64,000 nucleotides of DNA, taken from Octopus sinensis (taxonomy: Eukaryota). The position numbers and the translations under genes were made by a program. Numbering within the stretch: position 1 is the stretch's first letter; each line of letters begins with the position of its first letter. Where the stretch lies: assembly GCF_006345805.1 (NCBI RefSeq), contig NC_042997.1, positions 79,484,001 through 79,548,000 on the forward strand, read 5' to 3'. The notes beneath the pieces are model-generated. The model saw only the letters and a list, made by a program, of their open reading frames with translations. It made no database searches and was not told the DNA's origin. Below, one piece after another: positions 62,249 to 64,000 of this stretch.

Positions 62249-62900
62249 TCTTTATATATATATATAAAACTGAGAATGTGTGTCTGTCTGTCTGCCTGTC
62301 TGTGTGTTTCCCTAAAACTTGAGAACTACACAACTAATTTCATTCAAATTTTACAGATGCCTTACTTATGGTCCGGGGAGTGTCATCGGCAAAAAAATTA
62401 ACTTTTTGCCTAGGGCGAGCCCACAGCAATATCATATCTTCTCCACTACGATTCCCTAAACTCGAGAACTACACAACCAATTTCATTCAAATTTTACACA
62501 TGCCTTACTTAGGGTCCATGTAATTTCATGGGCAAAAAATGTTCAACTTCTTGCCTAGAGAGAGCCCATTGCAATATCATATCTTCTCCACTATTTCAGT
62601 ATTACGTGTTAAAAGTGAAACAAAAACATTTCTCTATTTTATGTCAGATACTTTCACTTTAACAATAAAAATAATAACAATTGAATTATATGTAGTAAGT
62701 AATAATTAAAATCAAACTAAAGTATAATAAACTCGTAACATAAAAAAAGTAAAAATAGCAATTGGCATAAAATTGCATCAATGACTTGAACTTGAATAAG
62801 TGGTTTCACATGAATGGGAATAAATCAAAAATAAAATTAGCGTGCAGAAATGGAATAGTCCAGATGGATAATAAAAAATTAAATTAAAGAAAAGACTATT
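62249..62900 (+). mobile_element. Non-autonomous Helitron-like element (5' part)
   Basis: A|TCTTTATATATATATATAAAA start, (CTGT)n tract, caatttcattcaaattttacac motif; internal 144-bp tandem duplication; right boundary uncertain. Confidence 0.6.
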
Positions 62901-62985
62901 GTCTATAAAGTATACAATGTCGAGAAAAAAGGTCGCGTTTTTTTGCGCTCTGTAAAATTCGGTTAAAAAAGAAAAACAACAAAAA

Positions 62986-64000
62986 GTGAATTGTGGTTGC
63001 GGAATTGGAACGTCGGTTGGTGCGGTTTTGCGTCGCACTGGTTCTGTGCGTCGCACGTTTTCTGTTCGGGAGGCCGTTTTTCGGTCTGAGGCGACTATGA
63101 GCCGCCTCTACCAAACGGATGAGATGGAAGGGAGAAATTTCTCTGAAAATTCGTCGACATCTGAGGAGGAGTTGGCGGTGAAAAAAATGGAAAGCACCTA
63201 TGCAGGTATAACGAAGAAGTCAACAGAAAAAGAGATAGACCTGGCTAAGTTGACGGACTTCCAGGAGTTCATGAAGGAGGAGGAGAACGGAGAGGTTGAG
63301 CTGTTGCCTCTAGCAGGGCGCGGAGACTGGTTCCATCGTAGAACCATTAAATATAAAGTATTTATGAATGGAGGTAGAAAAATGGAAGTGATTAACATGG
63401 AAGCAATTGAAGAGGCTTTCAAACGGACAGGAGAAGAAATTGTGTACATGACAAAAGGATTAGAATATGGAACCATAACGGTACAATTTAAAAGTGAGAA
63501 AGCAGCCAGGAATATAGCAGCCAAGGTGGTGAGTACAGAAAAGTTTTACTTGTTCCCCTCGTATTTGAATAGAAGGACCACCTGAATTAGGGTGGAAGGA
63601 ATACCTCCACACCTAGAGGGCGAATTAATAACGGCTGCGGTTATCAAAGGAAATGAAGATAAAGTGGACATCCTCCACGCCATTATGAAATATGAAGGCG
63701 TGAGAGGTGCCACACTAGTAATGAACATACAGACGGAGGCGGAAGTTATAGAAAAGCTTACGGACAGTATAAAAACTGGAAATATTATTATGAGAGTGTG
63801 GGTGGAGGGTAGGGCGCCCAGGTGCTACAAGTGTGGCATGAGGGGTCACATAAGAGCCTACTGCCCTCCACCACTAAAGGAAAAAGAAAAGGAAATCGTC
63901 GCGGAAGCCCCAAAAGAGGAAGAAACCAAAGAGAACCAAAGGGAAAAAGAAACGACAGAAGAAGAGGAGATGCAACAAGAGTGGGAAGAAAGAAGAAAAA
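62986..64000 (+). mobile_element. 5' end of an L1/Tx1-clade LINE: ORF1 with CCHC knuckle, running off the window
   Basis: Likely ATG at 63097; one in-frame TGA (63583-63585), then open to 64000; CYKCGMRGHIRAYC at 63823-63864 followed by an acidic/charged tract. Confidence 0.85.

Overview
AT-rich, microsatellite-dense eukaryotic genomic DNA. The SINE families look like octopus (coleoid cephalopod) repeats; this is recognition from memory, not a database search. No host gene can be called with confidence, and most ORFs in the track are microsatellite or antisense artefacts. The window is mostly transposon-derived: Tc1/mariner, maT and pogo relics, MITEs, Helitron/Helentron-like elements, tRNA-derived SINEs, and CR1, RTE and L1/Tx1 LINEs. 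It also holds many R4/Dong-clade restriction-like-endonuclease retrotransposons stacked in (AAT)n microsatellites, including a ~13-kb array (19.2-32.6 kb) with one copy a single homopolymer frameshift from an intact ~1215-aa ORF. The main signals outside standard annotation are: (1) a minus-strand unit of tRNA-like Pol III head, (AAT)n and minimal type-I hammerhead ribozyme (47217-47938), interrupted by a Dong fragment inside its own microsatellite; (2) a second, different minimal hammerhead in the loop of a 126-bp inverted-repeat element (55871-56294); (3) a ~560-bp non-coding, apparently (AAT)n-targeted retroposon; (4) a SINE whose 3' tail matches the 3' end of an L1/Tx1 LINE in the same window.
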